From NCBI RefSeq assembly GCF_009914755.1, contig NC_060926.1: 64,000 nucleotides of DNA. The stretch is one strand, 5' to 3'. The DNA comes from the human T2T-CHM13v2.0 reference genome, Homo sapiens. A program made the translations under genes and the position numbers. Shown here in pieces: positions 45,155-59,960 of the stretch. The notes under the pieces were generated by a model. That model searched no databases. It was not told where the DNA came from and was given only the letters and a program-made list of their open reading frames with translations. Each line of letters begins with the position of its first letter. Within the stretch, counting starts at the first letter, position 1.

Positions 45155-45729
45155 TACCTGTGCATTCGCCCCAATGATACAGGGTGAGTGCTTAGACCCA
45201 GTGCTCCCAGAATGCCTGTGCATTTGCCCCGATGATGCAGGGTGAGTGCTTAGACTCACTGCTCCCAGACTACCTGTGAATTCACCCCGATGATGCAGGG
45301 TGAGTGCTTAGACTCAGTGCTCCCAGAATGCCTGTGCATTTGCCCCGATGATGCAGGGTGAGTGCTTAGACTCACTGCTCCCAGACTACCTGTGAATTCA
45401 CCCCGATGATGCAGGGTGAGTGCTTAGACTCAGTGCTCCCAGACTACCTGTGCATTTGCCGCGATGAAGCAGGGTGAGAGCTTAGACCCAGTGCTCCCAG
45501 ACTGCCAGTTCATTTGCACAGATGATGCAGGGTGAGTGCTTAGACCCAGCGCTCCCAGACTACCTGTGCATTTGCATAGATGATGCAGGGTGAGTGCTTA
45601 GACCCACTGCTCCCAGACTGCCTGTGCATTTGCATAGATGATGCAGAGTGAGTGCTTAGACCCAGTGCTCCCAGACTGCCTGTGCATTTGCACAGATGAT
45701 GCAGGGTGAGCACTTAGACCCACTGCTCC
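44980..45729. repeat. 58-bp minisatellite (VNTR), 12 units, interrupted after unit 2
   Basis: Unit starts at 44980, 45038, 45151, 45209, 45267, 45325, 45383, 45441, 45499, 45557, 45615, 45673. Consensus agactacctgtgcatttgccccgatgatgcagggtgagtgcttagacccagtgctccc. Confidence 0.97.
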
Positions 45730-46192
45730 TATTCCTTTTGCCTTGCTAGGCCTCTGCTGAGCTGTAGCTCATTCATCCATCACCCTGCACCATGGCGACA
45801 GGAGACCAAGTCTGTCATCTTGGCATTTCCCTTGTAGTTGGAAGGACAGGCAGTACAACGTCAGCAAGAGAAGGCTCTGAAAAAAGCCAGCAGTGGAGGA
45901 GAGGCAGCTACTGCAGGGCCCTGGCTGGGGAGGTGGGTGCTTTAGATAGGTGGTTAAGGGTGGCCTGTGTCTAAGCTAAGTAGTGAGCGTGAGCACAATT
46001 CATCCATTGGGTGAGCTGAGAAATGGGCTTCCCAGGCAGGGGAAGAGCAAGCACAGAGTCCTGGGAGCTAGAAAGGGCCGACTGTGTCCCCGGCGGGGAA
46101 GGATGGGCCAGCGTGACAGCTGCGGAGGAGAGGGGGTGTGACCCATGGCAAAGAAGAAGAAGGCAGGTGGCAGCTTCCTCAGAGTCTGCTCA

Positions 46193-46699
<507 letters not shown>

Positions 46700-48509
46700 C
46701 TAGCGAAATAGCGGTGGCAGGACAACTAAGACAAGAGCCCATTGAAGTTCGCTGTAAACATGTTAAATCTGCAATACCTGCTAGGCAGTTGGGGAGATGA
46801 GGCCATTAGACTTGAAATCCAGGAAGTCGTTAGAATCTTGATAAGAACAGTTTCAGCAGAATGCAAGTGAGGAAGTAGAAGCAGTGAATGTGGATGACAT
46901 TTTGAGGAATTCTGCCATGAAGAAGAATACACGGAAGGGGAGGAGGTGAAGGGGATTTTTTTAAAAGCAATTTAAAAGTTTACTGGAATGTCTCATACAT
47001 ATCAAAGAGGATCCAGTGTGAAACCCATGGTAAGATTTCTTAACATTTTTTCCATTGTCATGTATTTCCACTTTTTATTTGGAAAGGTTGAAAGTTATAG
47101 AAAAGTTGAAAGAATCATACAGTTAAGGCCCATGGACTCTTTATCCAGATTTTTTCTCTAGCTCTCTCTCTGAAGACAGGAGCAATGGGAACTTGTGTGT
47201 TGCTGGAGGTAATGACCCAGGAGAAAGGAGAGCTTGAGGAAGGAGGGAAGAGAGGAGATTCGAGGGGAGCAGAGTGCTTGAGAAGGCAACAGGTGGCATT
47301 CTTCAGTATAAAGGAGGGCCCCACCTTGGATAGGAGCAGGACGCTGCCGTTGTAACAGGAGGGAAGACGTGGGAAGGTGAATGTGTTTCTGGTAGCGTCC
47401 CCCATGAGAATTGAGGGGTTAAGGGACTTATGTGGGGGAGAAGAAAAGAATTAAACAGCTGTGTTAGAGAGGGGAAATGATATTACAGGACTGCTGGGCA
47501 GGGTTGAGTGCCCATCTGAGATTTGTGGTAGTGGGATTAGAGTGAACCAATAAGTTTTGTTGTGTGGACTTTCTTCAGCAATATTCAGTGACCTGGATAG
47601 GCAGGGACAGGGTGATTGGTTGTATTTAACCAGGACTGGGGCTTATCCAGGGGACAGTTCGATGGAGGGACAGCAATGGGGTGGCTGTGGTGAGGGACCA
47701 GAGAAGCACACCTGGGTCCAAAGGGGCAGAAACACGGGGCAGGGGGGTGGGACCACCTCTGGGAACATAGGGAGCTCAGAGGTTTGGCCTCACTGAAGCA
47801 TGACACCCCATTCCATGGGGAATACCAGGGCCAGGGATTTAGAGGAAGCAAGGATATGGTGGACAGTTAGGGGCCATTTGAAGTTGAGAGGTCAGAAGTG
47901 GTGCAGTCCTTGTCACGTATAGAGTCCAGGATGTACCCTTGGGCATGGATTACCAAGGTTGATGGGACAAAGGTGGTTCACAGTGAGCAGGACAGACACC
48001 AGCACAGAGGGCACTGAGTGGGTCATCCTTAGGGACTTCGATGTCATCATGTGTAGTGGCAGGAGCAGAGTTGGGCAGGAACACAGTGGGCCACAGTATT
48101 CAAGGAGCAGGGTGAATGATAGGTGGTCGGAAGGTGGCTGTGAGAGAATGGAGGTTGGGAGGAAGCGGGTTTGGGGCTTGAATCACTCTAGGGCATGTGC
48201 ACCAGAAGGGGTGAGAATCAGGGCTGGCCTGGGAGGTTGGGACTTCTAGGACTGAAGTGTGATGTTATTATCCCTCCTGGCCTCTGCAAGGAACAGGGAC
48301 AATCACTTTGGACTACTGCGCTGCATGTCTCGCTTCCAGGTACTTGTGAGCAGTAACTGCGGTGATGAGGTGCACGTGTGCTGGAGTCAGAATGTGCTGG
48401 CTTCTCTATCACTTTCTAGACGTGTGGACCTGGGCATGGCATTTTACCCCAGTGGCTGCATTTCCTCTTCTGTAAAGTGGCACTCATGACGTTGTTTCAT
48501 TAAATGAGA

Positions 48510-48923
48510 TGTCTTAGTCCATTTTGCATTGCTGTAAAGGAATACCTGAGGCTGGGTAATTTATAAAGAAAAGAGGTTTATTTGGCTCATGGCTCTGCAG
48601 GCCATACAGGGGGCACAGCACCAGCATCTGCTTCTGGGGAGGCCTCAAGAAGCTTAAGATTATGGCAGAAGGTGAAGGGGGAGCAGGCATGTCACATGGC
48701 AAACAAGGGAGCAAGAGAGCCAGGAGGGAGCCACGTACTTTTTAACGACCAGATCTCATATGAACTCAGAGCGAGAACTCACTCATCACCAAGGGGATGG
48801 CCCAAGCCGTGCATGAGGGAATCCACCCCCATGATCCAATCACTTCCCATAGGCCCCACCTCCAACACTGAGAATTCCACCTCAACATGAGATTTGGAGG
48901 GGACGAACATTCAAACCATGTCA
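48510..48923 (-). mobile_element. MSTA/MSTB MaLR solo LTR inserted in a MIR
   Basis: tgtcttagtccattttgcattgctgtaaaggaatacctgaggctggg...caaaccatgtca. Confidence 0.9.
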
Positions 48924-49200
48924 TGAGGTAAGATGGAAAGCACTTTGCTCTCTGCCTCGAGCATATATGGGATCACTAGATATTAAATATTATGATTATT
49001 ATACGAATAATATTTTTGGAACATTAAGTCACTCTGTTTTCATCCTTGGTAATCCTTTGATCCAAGCCATCCTGTTGTTCCTATGATGAAGCCCTCCATG
49101 GCTACCTCAGGCCTGGGGTCTCCACAGTGTAGATAGACTGTGCCTGCCTCAGTAAAGCAGAGGCTTGGAGCCTGGGGAGGCAGGAGAATATGCTTTAGAG

Positions 49201-49539
49201 CAGCGCTCCCCAATATTTTTGGTACCAGGCACTGGTTTCGTGGAAGACAATTTTTCCATGGACCAGGGGTTGAGGGTATGGTTTCAGGATGAAACTGTTC
49301 CACCTCAGATCATCAGGGATTAGATTTTCATAAGGAGTATGCAACCTAGATCCTTTGCATGCACAGTTCACACTAGAGTTTGTGCTCCTATGAGAATCTA
49401 ATGCTGCTGCTGATCTGACAAGAGGTGGAGTTCAGGCGGTAATGCTCCCTTGCCTGCTACTCACCTCCTGCTGTGCGGCCTGGTTCCTAACAGGCTGCAG
49501 ACTGTTACCAGTCTGTGGCTCAGGGGCTGGGGACCTCTG
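49201..49539. mobile_element. MER1B (hAT-Charlie)
   Basis: ggtttcgtggaagacaatttttccatggacc...ttagattttcataaggag...ggggacctctg. Confidence 0.9.
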
Positions 49540-50100
49540 CTTAGAGGAAGTTCCTTCCAGAGGGGATGAGGAAGCTGAAAGTCTGCCCCTTCATGTCCAG
49601 AAGCACATGAGAAAGAGAAGAGAGGGAAGTGGAGCAGGATGGTGGTTGGCCTATCTTTCCTGACCATGCCCTTTGGGCCAAGGCTGTGGAGTGGGAGGTG
49701 CATTGTTTGTGTTGAGATAAAAGATGATACAGAGAAGCTTTGCTGTGCTCCTGGTGGGAACCCTGGAGAAGTCTATAGTCGAGGGTGACCATGCACCAAC
49801 AAGGGGGGAGAGTGCAGCAGCCACTGAGGGAGGGGCTGTAGGATAAGGTGGAGTTCATGGTCCCGGGTGCACCAATTCACACACTTCACTGGAACACACC
49901 TCGCTGCAGAGAAAGCGTGTGACCCAGAGCAGGCACTTATTTCTTGGCGAGCTAGTTGTTATGTACGGGCTGAACTGTGTCCCTGCAAAATCCACGGGTA
50001 GAAGCCTTAACCCTCAGCCTCACAGAATGTGAGTGCATTTGGGGATAAGGCCTTAAAAAAAGGTGATTAAACTAAAAGAAGGACTTTAGGGTGGGTCTTA

Positions 50101-50901
<801 letters not shown>

Positions 50902-53459
50902 GAGGCCTTGGAAGGAACCAACCCTGCCAACACCTTGATGTTGGATGTGAACTGTGAGGACGTAAATAAATCTCTGTTGTTTTAGGCCACCTAGCTTGTG
51001 ATATTTGTTACAGGAGCCCTAGCAAACTAGCACACTAGGCTAGACAATGCTGCCGGGGACTGACATCTGCTCATGTGCACTTATGCCTTTGACTGTGGGC
51101 TGAAATGAGCCAGTGCCCCAGGTCTGCTGGCCAACATTGGTTCACAAGCCACCTCCTCCAGGAAGCCTTCCTTTATCCATCCAGGAAGAATATGGGGTCT
51201 CTTTCTCTGACTCTTGAACCCTTGTGCAGATTTCCATGAGGGCATCTTGCATCTGCCACTGCTTTTATAAATGGCTCTGACTCAGGTACTATTCAGCAGC
51301 TCCTCAAAGGGGACCAGAAGCATGTCTCTCCCATGGGTGTACTCTCTGAGTGCTGCACAGAGCCACCTGCACTTCTTGGCCCTTTTGCCTGCTGTACTAC
51401 AGCTTCCCCATGGGGCTTATTGTCTTCCTGAGTTGCTTAGGATTTACTTCCTGGTTTTACCTGTCTTCTCCCACTGGCATGTGAGCCATGTGTGGCTGAG
51501 ACATTTGGTCCATTTTGTCCCTGCTGCAGCTCCAGTGCCTAGGACAGGGCCTGGGACCTGGTAGTCACTCTATGCATTTTTGTTAATGAATAAATAAATG
51601 GGAAATAAAGGTGCAAATATCTCTGCTGCTGATGGGGATTCTGCTCTCCCAGAGGGAAGGTCTTGCTGTTTGGATGTGCCAGTTATTCTCTCTATAAGAT
51701 CCACACTCAGCATTTTTCCTTGCCTCTATGTTCCCCAAATAAGGTGATTTTTGGCTTTTGCAATGAGTGTTTCTGAACGCTTCATGGTAATACTGTTCTG
51801 GAAGGCTGAGCAAGGGTTTGCTAGCCTGAAACTTAGTTTCACAGCCAGCAAGATACGATCTTCTGGCTTTTCTGCCTTTGCCAAGCTCTACTTAAATCTG
51901 GTGGCATGTCTAGTTGCAAGCTTAGTTAGTATTATGTTCCCCAGTTAAGGAGTGGGCTGTGTTGGTTCTCCCATGCTGTGCCAAGGATGGGATGGGCAGA
52001 GCCCCGCTGGAGGCAGGCCTTGCATCAACTCTCCACTGGTCCACACCTGGCCCACAGTGGGCTTGCAGCACACGTGCCTGTTGAATGAATAACAATGGGT
52101 TCCAGTTCTGCTGTCCTTTCTGCTGTTTCTCTCTCAGTAGATAGAAGTTTCTCTCAAACCCTTTTCAGAGTTGATATCATTCCCACATGGGATGAGGAGT
52201 CGAGAAGGGGTAATTTAGAGAAAAATAACCCAAGGAAGTGAGTAGTCTCTCCTACCTGGTCTCTAGCCCCCTCAGTGTGCAGGGAGAGGCTGTGGAGTGG
52301 GCAGGGCACTGGCCTCGATGCCCTCGGAGTGAGCCCTGCTGCCCCACAGACAAGCTGAGTACCCTTGGGCACATTACTTCACCTCTCTGAGCTTCTTTCC
52401 TAATCTGTCAGGAAAGGATAACATCTACCCTGAAGCCGAGCTGTGCAGCTACAGTGGCAGAGGCATAGTAGATGCTCAGTAAATGTTGGTGTCCTTCTTC
52501 TTCCTGGAGGGATCATTCCAATCCAGAACTTAGGGGCTCGGGACAAGGCTGAAAATCTTGGATGAGTGGATTGACTACTGGTTTTTGGCTATTTTCATGC
52601 TCTCATCTAAAAATCATTCATTTAATCAATAGTCACGGTGCATGTCTCTCAGGCAGTCTGGAAGTCATCTTTTCTAGGTAAATACCAAGACAGGTCAGAG
52701 CCTGAGAACAAGAAATGAGTGTTCAATGCTGGCCTAAAAGTGTCTGGGGAGATTTGCTGGATGTTGAAACTTTCAGCTCTCAAAGCTTCTGACATGCTGC
52801 TGTTTTTTGAAGGTAATTTTTCTCGATGACTAGTTGTGCATTTCCCTCCATTAGTTAGGGGCCTCCCTTTTCCCTCCCACATTGAGAAGGGCAGTCAGTC
52901 ACATCTGTGGAAAGGTGCCAGGTCAGGCCAAGGGGCTGAGAGCTGCCTGGGTCCAAAGCTAGAATTGCAGCGGCTGGTGATGGCCAGGTTCCCTTTCCAG
53001 CTGGCTCAATTCCTTTTCTTTTTCTTAGAGGATTTTAAGAAACTGTGTTCATTTGTTCATTTATTCATTCAATGAACTCTTACTACTTACTTCAACAGCA
53101 TGCACACATGAAGACAATGCTTTAAGTGTTATTGTCAACTCCAAACATATTCCCCGGGTAGTCAGAGAAGGGAACACTAAATGGTGATGGGGTAGGGAAA
53201 GGTTTCAAAGAGTGGGGTGATGTTGGATATAGGCCTTGACGGTTGAACGGGAGTTTGCCAGAGGGCGATGTTCATCCCAGTCAGAGAGAATGGAGGAATA
53301 ATGGATAATGGAGGAATTAATTGCAAGGATTCAAAGATGTTACCTATCTCAGCGTTTAGAGATGTTGATGTTTACTGTGTAACAGTTGATGACTGGTGAA
53401 GTTTTTGCCTGTGTGTAGGAGTGTTGGTGTGTAGGTATGTTTCTGTGTTTGGGGGAAGG

Positions 53460-53460
<1 letters not shown>

Positions 53461-53502
<42 letters not shown>
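53461..53502. repeat. (TG)21 microsatellite
   Basis: Pure TG run within GT-rich flanks. Confidence 0.98.
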
Positions 53503-53509
<7 letters not shown>

Positions 53510-55658
53510 GTGGGATTAGGACGGGATGGATGGACATGTTGGTAGAATTCAGCATGAAAAGGCTTGATGTACCTGAATATCACTAGACCTTTGAGAAGAT
53601 AAGGGTCCTCCACTGAGACATGAAACAACTGGGTGGCTGGCGAAAAGCTGTCACAATAGCAAAGGGTTCTTCAGAACTTCAGTGGTAGCCTGTCACCTGT
53701 CACCTTGCACCGGTTTGAGACTCTTTGAAATCTGGTGCCTGCCTATGCAGCTCCATCGTCTTTCTTCCTTCTGTGGCCCCTCCAGGACAGCTAAATGCTA
53801 GGTTGAGGTCAACAAGGAGTAAAACCTACCCTAGGCTTTGAAGTAGTTTGTAATCTTGTCAGATGAAACAGGAGGCGGGGAGGATGTCATGCACTGGGCG
53901 TTTCCGGAGAGCCATCTGCAATCGCAGCCACCACTCTCGGTTTGCATTGACTTTTTCCTATTTTGTTGGGTTCAGACAGGCATAGTACAAAAACACAAGT
54001 TACTTCTCAAGCCATATTCAGCCATTCACTCAGCCAGCATTTATGTTCCAGGAACTATTCCAGCCTCTGTGAATTAGTTCAGAACAAGGAATGGTTATTC
54101 AATGGCAACAAATTCGTCCATTCTTACCCTTGGTGAAATTAATCACCTCCCTGAACCTCAGTTTCCCATCTGTAAGATGGGCATAGCAACTCTTTCCTAA
54201 CCAGAAGGTACCTGTGGAAGCCTCTGGCTCAGCAGGTGAGAAGTGTGTTTGTGTTCCTCTCCCCGACGCCCTCCCTCAGTACTTGCTTCCCAAGACATTG
54301 CTTTCCTTTGTTGGGTCAGAGGTGGGGTGTCGTTCCCCTTGCCACCAGCAGATGGTGCCCAACAATCCCCTGCAGGGAACCGAGGCTGCCCGCCTCCCCC
54401 AGTCTCCCCACCATCCAGCTCCCTTCCGCCCCTTCTCTGGGACACGTCAGTCATTCCAGGTCCCAGGCAGAAAGTTACACAAAACACTTTGTGTCTGTCA
54501 GCAGATTCCTGGAAGGTCACGCTGAATGATGAATGCTCCTGGGTAGGATTGGAGGGCTCTTTTTTCTTTCTTTTTTTTTTTTTTTTTTTCCTTTTCTTTC
54601 TTTCTTTTTTTTTGTCTCCCATGAATTGCATCACTGGGCAGCCTCTTGGCTGTATTCAGCCGACTCCTGCGGTTTTTAGACCTTTCCCAATTGTTCGGTG
54701 TCTGCTTCCTCTCCAGGACCCTTCTGGCCAAGGCAGGATATTCAGGGTTGGCTGTGGCCAGGGAGCTGGCCATTGTCTAGCACATTCCATACACACACCC
54801 TGCCCAGCCCATCCTCCACTCCCAGAGCCTGGACAGACTGTGGTCCTTGGGACAGAGACCTGGTGCATTGCTGTGACCCCAGGTGACAATCTCGCTGCCC
54901 TGATTTCCAAATAAGGGGAGCCTGGCCTGGCAGAGAAATGAGCCTAATTTCCAAAGTTGAATTTCCGCCAGGATCAGAGCCTTTATATATCCTGGTCTTC
55001 GGTGTCCCCCTTCTTCCTGACCACATATAGACTGCTTATGATATTTTTTAACTTTGCCAGCTCTTTACCCAAATTGAGTAGCCATTTTGCTTTTGTAGAT
55101 ATCCTGAGTTGGCTCCAATTTAACATCCTGACCCATCATCCTGGTGTTAGGTATTAGGACCATGGTCCTGATATTTTGCTTGAGGAAAATGAGCCATACC
55201 ACTCAGAGGTGTGGCATATGTGGCATGTGAAAGCACCTTTCTCCTCCATCAGTGGCCTTACTGATGCAGGGCAGTGGGAGTGAGTGTATGTACACAGAGC
55301 AATACAAATGAACCCTGCTCTCAAAGTCTGCGCAAAGGGGAGTGAGAAGACAGAGCAGGTGTAGTCCCTGGAGTGAGCCCTGCTGCAGAATAGATGGAAG
55401 GGGTGGGTCCAGGAACCCCGAAATGGAAGCAGCAGTGGCTCTGCTCCCCATCACCCCGAGCAATCACGTGGGGATTTGTGTCTGTCTCTGCAATTTTAGG
55501 CTCTGAGGATCTAAAGCTCTTGGTGCCCGGAGGGGAAATAATTATTAATACCATCAGGGAATACAGTAAAGAGCCCACTAAACGTAAAGCTGCAGTTGCT
55601 GCCCGGTCATTTTGGGTTCATGTGCCAATAGATCACTGGGCAAGGAAAGGAGTTACTA

Positions 55659-56039
<381 letters not shown>

Positions 56040-56469
56040 TCACAGTGGGGGCAGGAGGAAATGTGTTGGGCATCAGGTGATCCCTTGGGCACCCCCGGCA
56101 CTCCCACACTCAATTCTAAGAGGAAATGGAAAGGTTCCGCAGCTATGGCCTAATAAGAACAAGAAACCCGGGGGCTAGACCCTCCCTGCACCCCGCTGCC
56201 CCAGGTGAAGATCTGGGTACCATCTCCCTCAGGAAAATCCACATAGCTCAGCAGACCTCCCAGCTGCTGGGGAGGGAAATGTTGTATCGCTGGTGGAAAA
56301 GGGAAATGGTGAGTTTCGGAGACAAACTTGGGACCCACTCAGCAGTGGAGGCGGCAGTTCATCCTAACATCCTTGCTCTTTTATGTTTCTCCAGAAATTG
56401 TGATCAACCAGAATCCAGAACACGCTGTGCTTAATGGAGTGAACTGCCTGTGAAGCGCAGGTGTGAGGG

Positions 56470-56870
56470 GCGGATGATAAGTGACAGTGCCGGTGCCCCC
56501 AGCGCCCTTTTACCTGATGGCTCACCCGGCCTACAGCTGCGCCCTTCCCTTTGAATCGTCTTGGGTAACGGGTGCTGCTTTGGAAATGCCTGGAAGGTCA
56601 TGTCCTTTGTCTGGGGATGGCTTCCAGCTGTGGTTGACTGATAGCAGGGGGCACAGAAGGCCAGACACAACTTGCCTCAGGTGGGCCGACTCTGAGGGTT
56701 TGTTCGGCCTCCACGTGGACTTCAGCTGAGCCTGCATCTTTGCTTGGCTTTTCCCACTGGCCTATTCTGCTTCCCTCTCCTTAAGGGTTCTCCCAGGAGA
56801 ACTCCCTTAATAAATCACTTGCACAAGGATCCCTGTCTTAGCCTTTGCTTCTAGAAAACCTGACCTAAGA
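56470..56870 (+). mobile_element. LTR16-like ERVL LTR, probably with decayed internal sequence upstream (~54900-56450)
   Basis: 3' end cccttaataaatcacttgcac...gcttctagaaaacctgacctaaga is typical of LTR16. Confidence 0.65.
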
Positions 56871-57320
56871 TAAATAGGTCGTGGGAACACGAGAGAAAGA
56901 GATACTTATTTTATCTGAGGGGTCAGAAGAGTCTTCCCAGGGCAAGTCTTGAAGCTCTGTGTAGGAGTCTGACTGTGCAAAAGGGTGTCCCAAGCAGAGG
57001 CGATGGCATAAGTAAGGTACAATCGTCGTGCCTTCTGCCTGAGAATAGCCAGCTGTTTCGTTTGGCTGGAGTGCTGAGCAAATAGGGTGGAGTGGGCTGT
57101 GAGTGGCAGGAGAAGCAGATGGGCATGACTATGTGAACATCCAGAGGAGGAGACTGGGCTTTAAGCTTAGATCTCAAATACTTCTGCATTCAATTCTTCT
57201 CTGGCTCTGTGGCAATTGACTCAGACCCCAGAGACCACCACTAAGGAAATAAGTTCCTATTAAGTTGGAATAGGAAAAACACCCTATGTCATATTCCAAG
57301 TCAATGGCAGAAGTAGGATA

Positions 57321-58039
57321 TGTCTTAGTCCATTTGGGCTGCTGTAACAAAGTACCATAGACAGGGTGGTTTCAACAAAAGTGCACTTCTCACAGTTCTA
57401 GAGGATGAAAGTCTGAGATCAAAGCGCCAGCACAGTTGGGTTCTGATGAGGGCCCTCTTCTGGGTTGTGGACTGCTGACTTCTCATTGTTACTCACGTGG
57501 AGAAAAGAGAGTGAATTAGTTCTCTGGCCACTTATAATGGCATGATATGCTTTGGCTGTGTCTCCACCCAAATCTTATCTTGAATTGTAGCTTTCGTAAT
57601 TCCCACGTGTTGTGGGAGGGACCTGGTGGGAGATACCTGAATCGTTGGGGGAGTTTCCCCAATACTGTTCTTGTAGTGAATGAGTCTTATGAGATCTGAT
57701 GGTTTTATAATGGGTTTCCCCTTTCACTTAGCTCTCATTCTCTCTTAACTGCTGCCATGTAAGACATGCTTTTCACCTTCTGCTATGATTGTGAGGCCTC
57801 CCAAGCCACGTGGAGCTGTGAGTACATTAAACCTCTTTTTCTTTATAAATTACCCTGTCTGGGGTATGACTTTACCAGCAGCATGAAAATGGGCTAATAC
57901 CGTGCACTAATCCCTTTCATGAAGTTTCCACCCTCATGACCTAATTACATCCCAAAGGCTCCACTTCTAAATACTATCACATTGGGGATTATATTTTAAC
58001 ATATCAATTTTGAATTAATACAACACTTAGTCCATAACA
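57321..58039 (-). mobile_element. MLT1A/MSTC-type LTR hosting a THE1
   Basis: tgtcttagtccatttgggctgctgtaacaaagtaccatagac...ccataaca. TSD gga(t/c)a. Confidence 0.85.
57543..57901 (+). mobile_element. THE1 solo LTR (nested, opposite orientation)
   Basis: tgatatgctttggctgtgtctccacccaaatc...gggctaatac. Confidence 0.92.
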
Positions 58040-58434
58040 GGACATAAAACTCAAGCCCCCAAATTCTAGCCCAGGGATTTATCCTTTATTCATTGTTCAT
58101 AATAAAATTCTAAAAATACTAATATCATATTTTTAACCTACTCCTAAGCTGTGGAGATGGAGATATTTTGATTCCTCTCTTCTTAAGATTTTTAAATGCT
58201 TCTTTCTTCCCAATAATTACTGACAAGAGTAATTCAGATTCATGTCATATTTATTTAGCCTTACTGTGTGTCAGCTGCCTTCATGTACATTAACTCATTT
58301 GATTCTTCCAACTTCCCAGTGAAGCAAGCAGTCTTATTCCCACATTATAGATAACAGAATGGAGTCACAGGTTAAATAATGTACCCAAAGGAGAAACCCA
58401 GGATTTTTCCACTTTACTACTAGAGTACATTTTT

Positions 58435-58925
58435 CCTTATATAATTTAGTTCTTGTTGCATAACAAACTGCCCCCAAAATGTTGTGAATTAAAACAACAA
58501 CAATGTATTTATTTTATAATTTGTGTGTTGCCAGTTTGGGGTTGGGGTCAGCTGGGTGGTTTTCTGCTCATCTAGCTGTGATCATTCTTGTGTCTGTGTT
58601 CAGCTGCTGGTTGGCTAGGCAGCTCTGTTAGTCAGCTTAGGGCTGGGGCAGTGAGGGAACTCGGCCATATATCTGTCATCGTCCAGCAGATCAGCCCAGG
58701 CTCTTTCACACAGGGGTTGGTAGGAGGATTCCAAAAGCAGCAAGTTAAGACAAGCTCCCACAGGTAAGTGCCATCAAACCTTTGTTTGCATTACAACTGC
58801 TCACAATCCACTGGCCAAAACAAGTCAAGAGGCCAAGCTCAGTGTGGTGTGCCACTGCCCAAGTGCCCAAGGGCATGGATATGGGGAAGTAAATAATATG
58901 TGGCAAAATTTTCAGTCTACCACAT
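58435..58925 (-). mobile_element. Old MLT1 LTR
   Basis: gttgcataacaaactgcccccaaaa...ttaaaacaacaa...cactggccaaaacaagtca...tctaccaca. Confidence 0.65.
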
Positions 58926-58929
58926 TGTT

Positions 58930-59960
58930 TTCAAAAAGTGTTTTCTTAATTGTAAAAGTATGTTTGTGTGTATTCATGTATATAAATGTTAGTTTTGAAA
59001 ATTTGGAAAATACAGAAAAATATAAAGAAGGAAAACAAATTACCTGTAACACACCAGAGACAATCACTGTTAGTGGCTTATTTCCTTATCTGTTTTATGA
59101 GCATTTTAGTGAGTGTATGACTGTGTGTATATATGTTTCAGTAATATTTTCTTTTAAAACAGTGGTATTAGAGTCTGTCTTTTTGATTGACAATATATTT
59201 TGAACATTTCCACGTGTCATTCAAATAATTCTTGAAAATATGGTACTTTTTAATACTCTATCATTTCTCCCCACCATATTTTATTTAACCCTACCCTGCC
59301 TTTTTACTTATATTTTTGCCATTTAGGTTGGTTTCATTTTTCTTTCTTTCTCTTTCTTTCTTTTTCTTTCTTTCTTTCGATTATAACAAATAACATTATA
59401 GTGAATATTCCGGAATAAAAATTTTTCTCCACATTTCTGATGATTTTCCTAGGACAGATTCCCAGAAGTCAATTACAGGATCAAAGGAGATAACATTAGT
59501 AGGGCTTTTGATATGTATTGCTAAATTGCTTTCCTGGAATTTACTCTCCCACAGCACCGAGGGAAAGGGCCTACATTATGGTACTCTCAAGGGCACTAAG
59601 TATTATCTTAAAAAAATAAAGATCAATTAGGTAAAAAGCAGTACCTTTATTTAATTTGTGTTTCTGGTTGCCAGTAAGGATAAACATTTTAGAAATACTT
59701 CTTGACCATTTATCCTTCTGCAAATGTTCTCTTCCTCAGACAAAGGACATATATTTTAAGTTGATTTGTATGATGACCCTGTGTTGAAGTCATTGACATG
59801 TTATCCTATACATTAGAAATGTTTTCCCCTTTAGGTTGTCATTGGCCTTATAATTTTGTTTGGGGATTTTTTTCGACACATAGGAATTTAGCATTTTCTA
59901 TTGTCAAATCTATTTTTTAATTTTTTGTTTTGTAACATTCATTACTTTTATGCTTACAAT
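58930..59960 (-). mobile_element. L1ME-type remnant
   Basis: T-rich decayed L1 (atttaggttggtttc, ggacagattcccagaagt, attgctaaattgctttcc). Confidence 0.6.

Noticed and set aside
44787-45259. Two ORFs on opposite strands sharing a 22-aa peptide
   Set aside because: A by-product of the 62-bp inverted duplication; there is no coding evidence.
45266-45277. VNTR shares CAGACTACCTG (and an upstream TGCAGG) with the miR-4262 hairpin
   Set aside because: An 11-nt match within 64 kb on either strand is plausible by chance, and the intervening sequences do not align.
45000-45720. ATGATG in each VNTR unit as snoRNA C boxes (SNORD-like cluster)
   Set aside because: The motif is ATGATGC rather than RTGATGA, there is no matching CTGA D box or terminal stem, and the units are contiguous.
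44980-45729. CRISPR-like array (repeats with a captured spacer)
   Set aside because: Units are head-to-tail with no unique spacers except one locally derived inverted insert. This is human DNA with no cas genes. It is a minisatellite.
54243-54914. 223-aa ORF, the longest in the window
   Set aside because: Runs through a poly-T tract (poly-Phe), has low complexity, no recognisable domain and no convincing exon structure.
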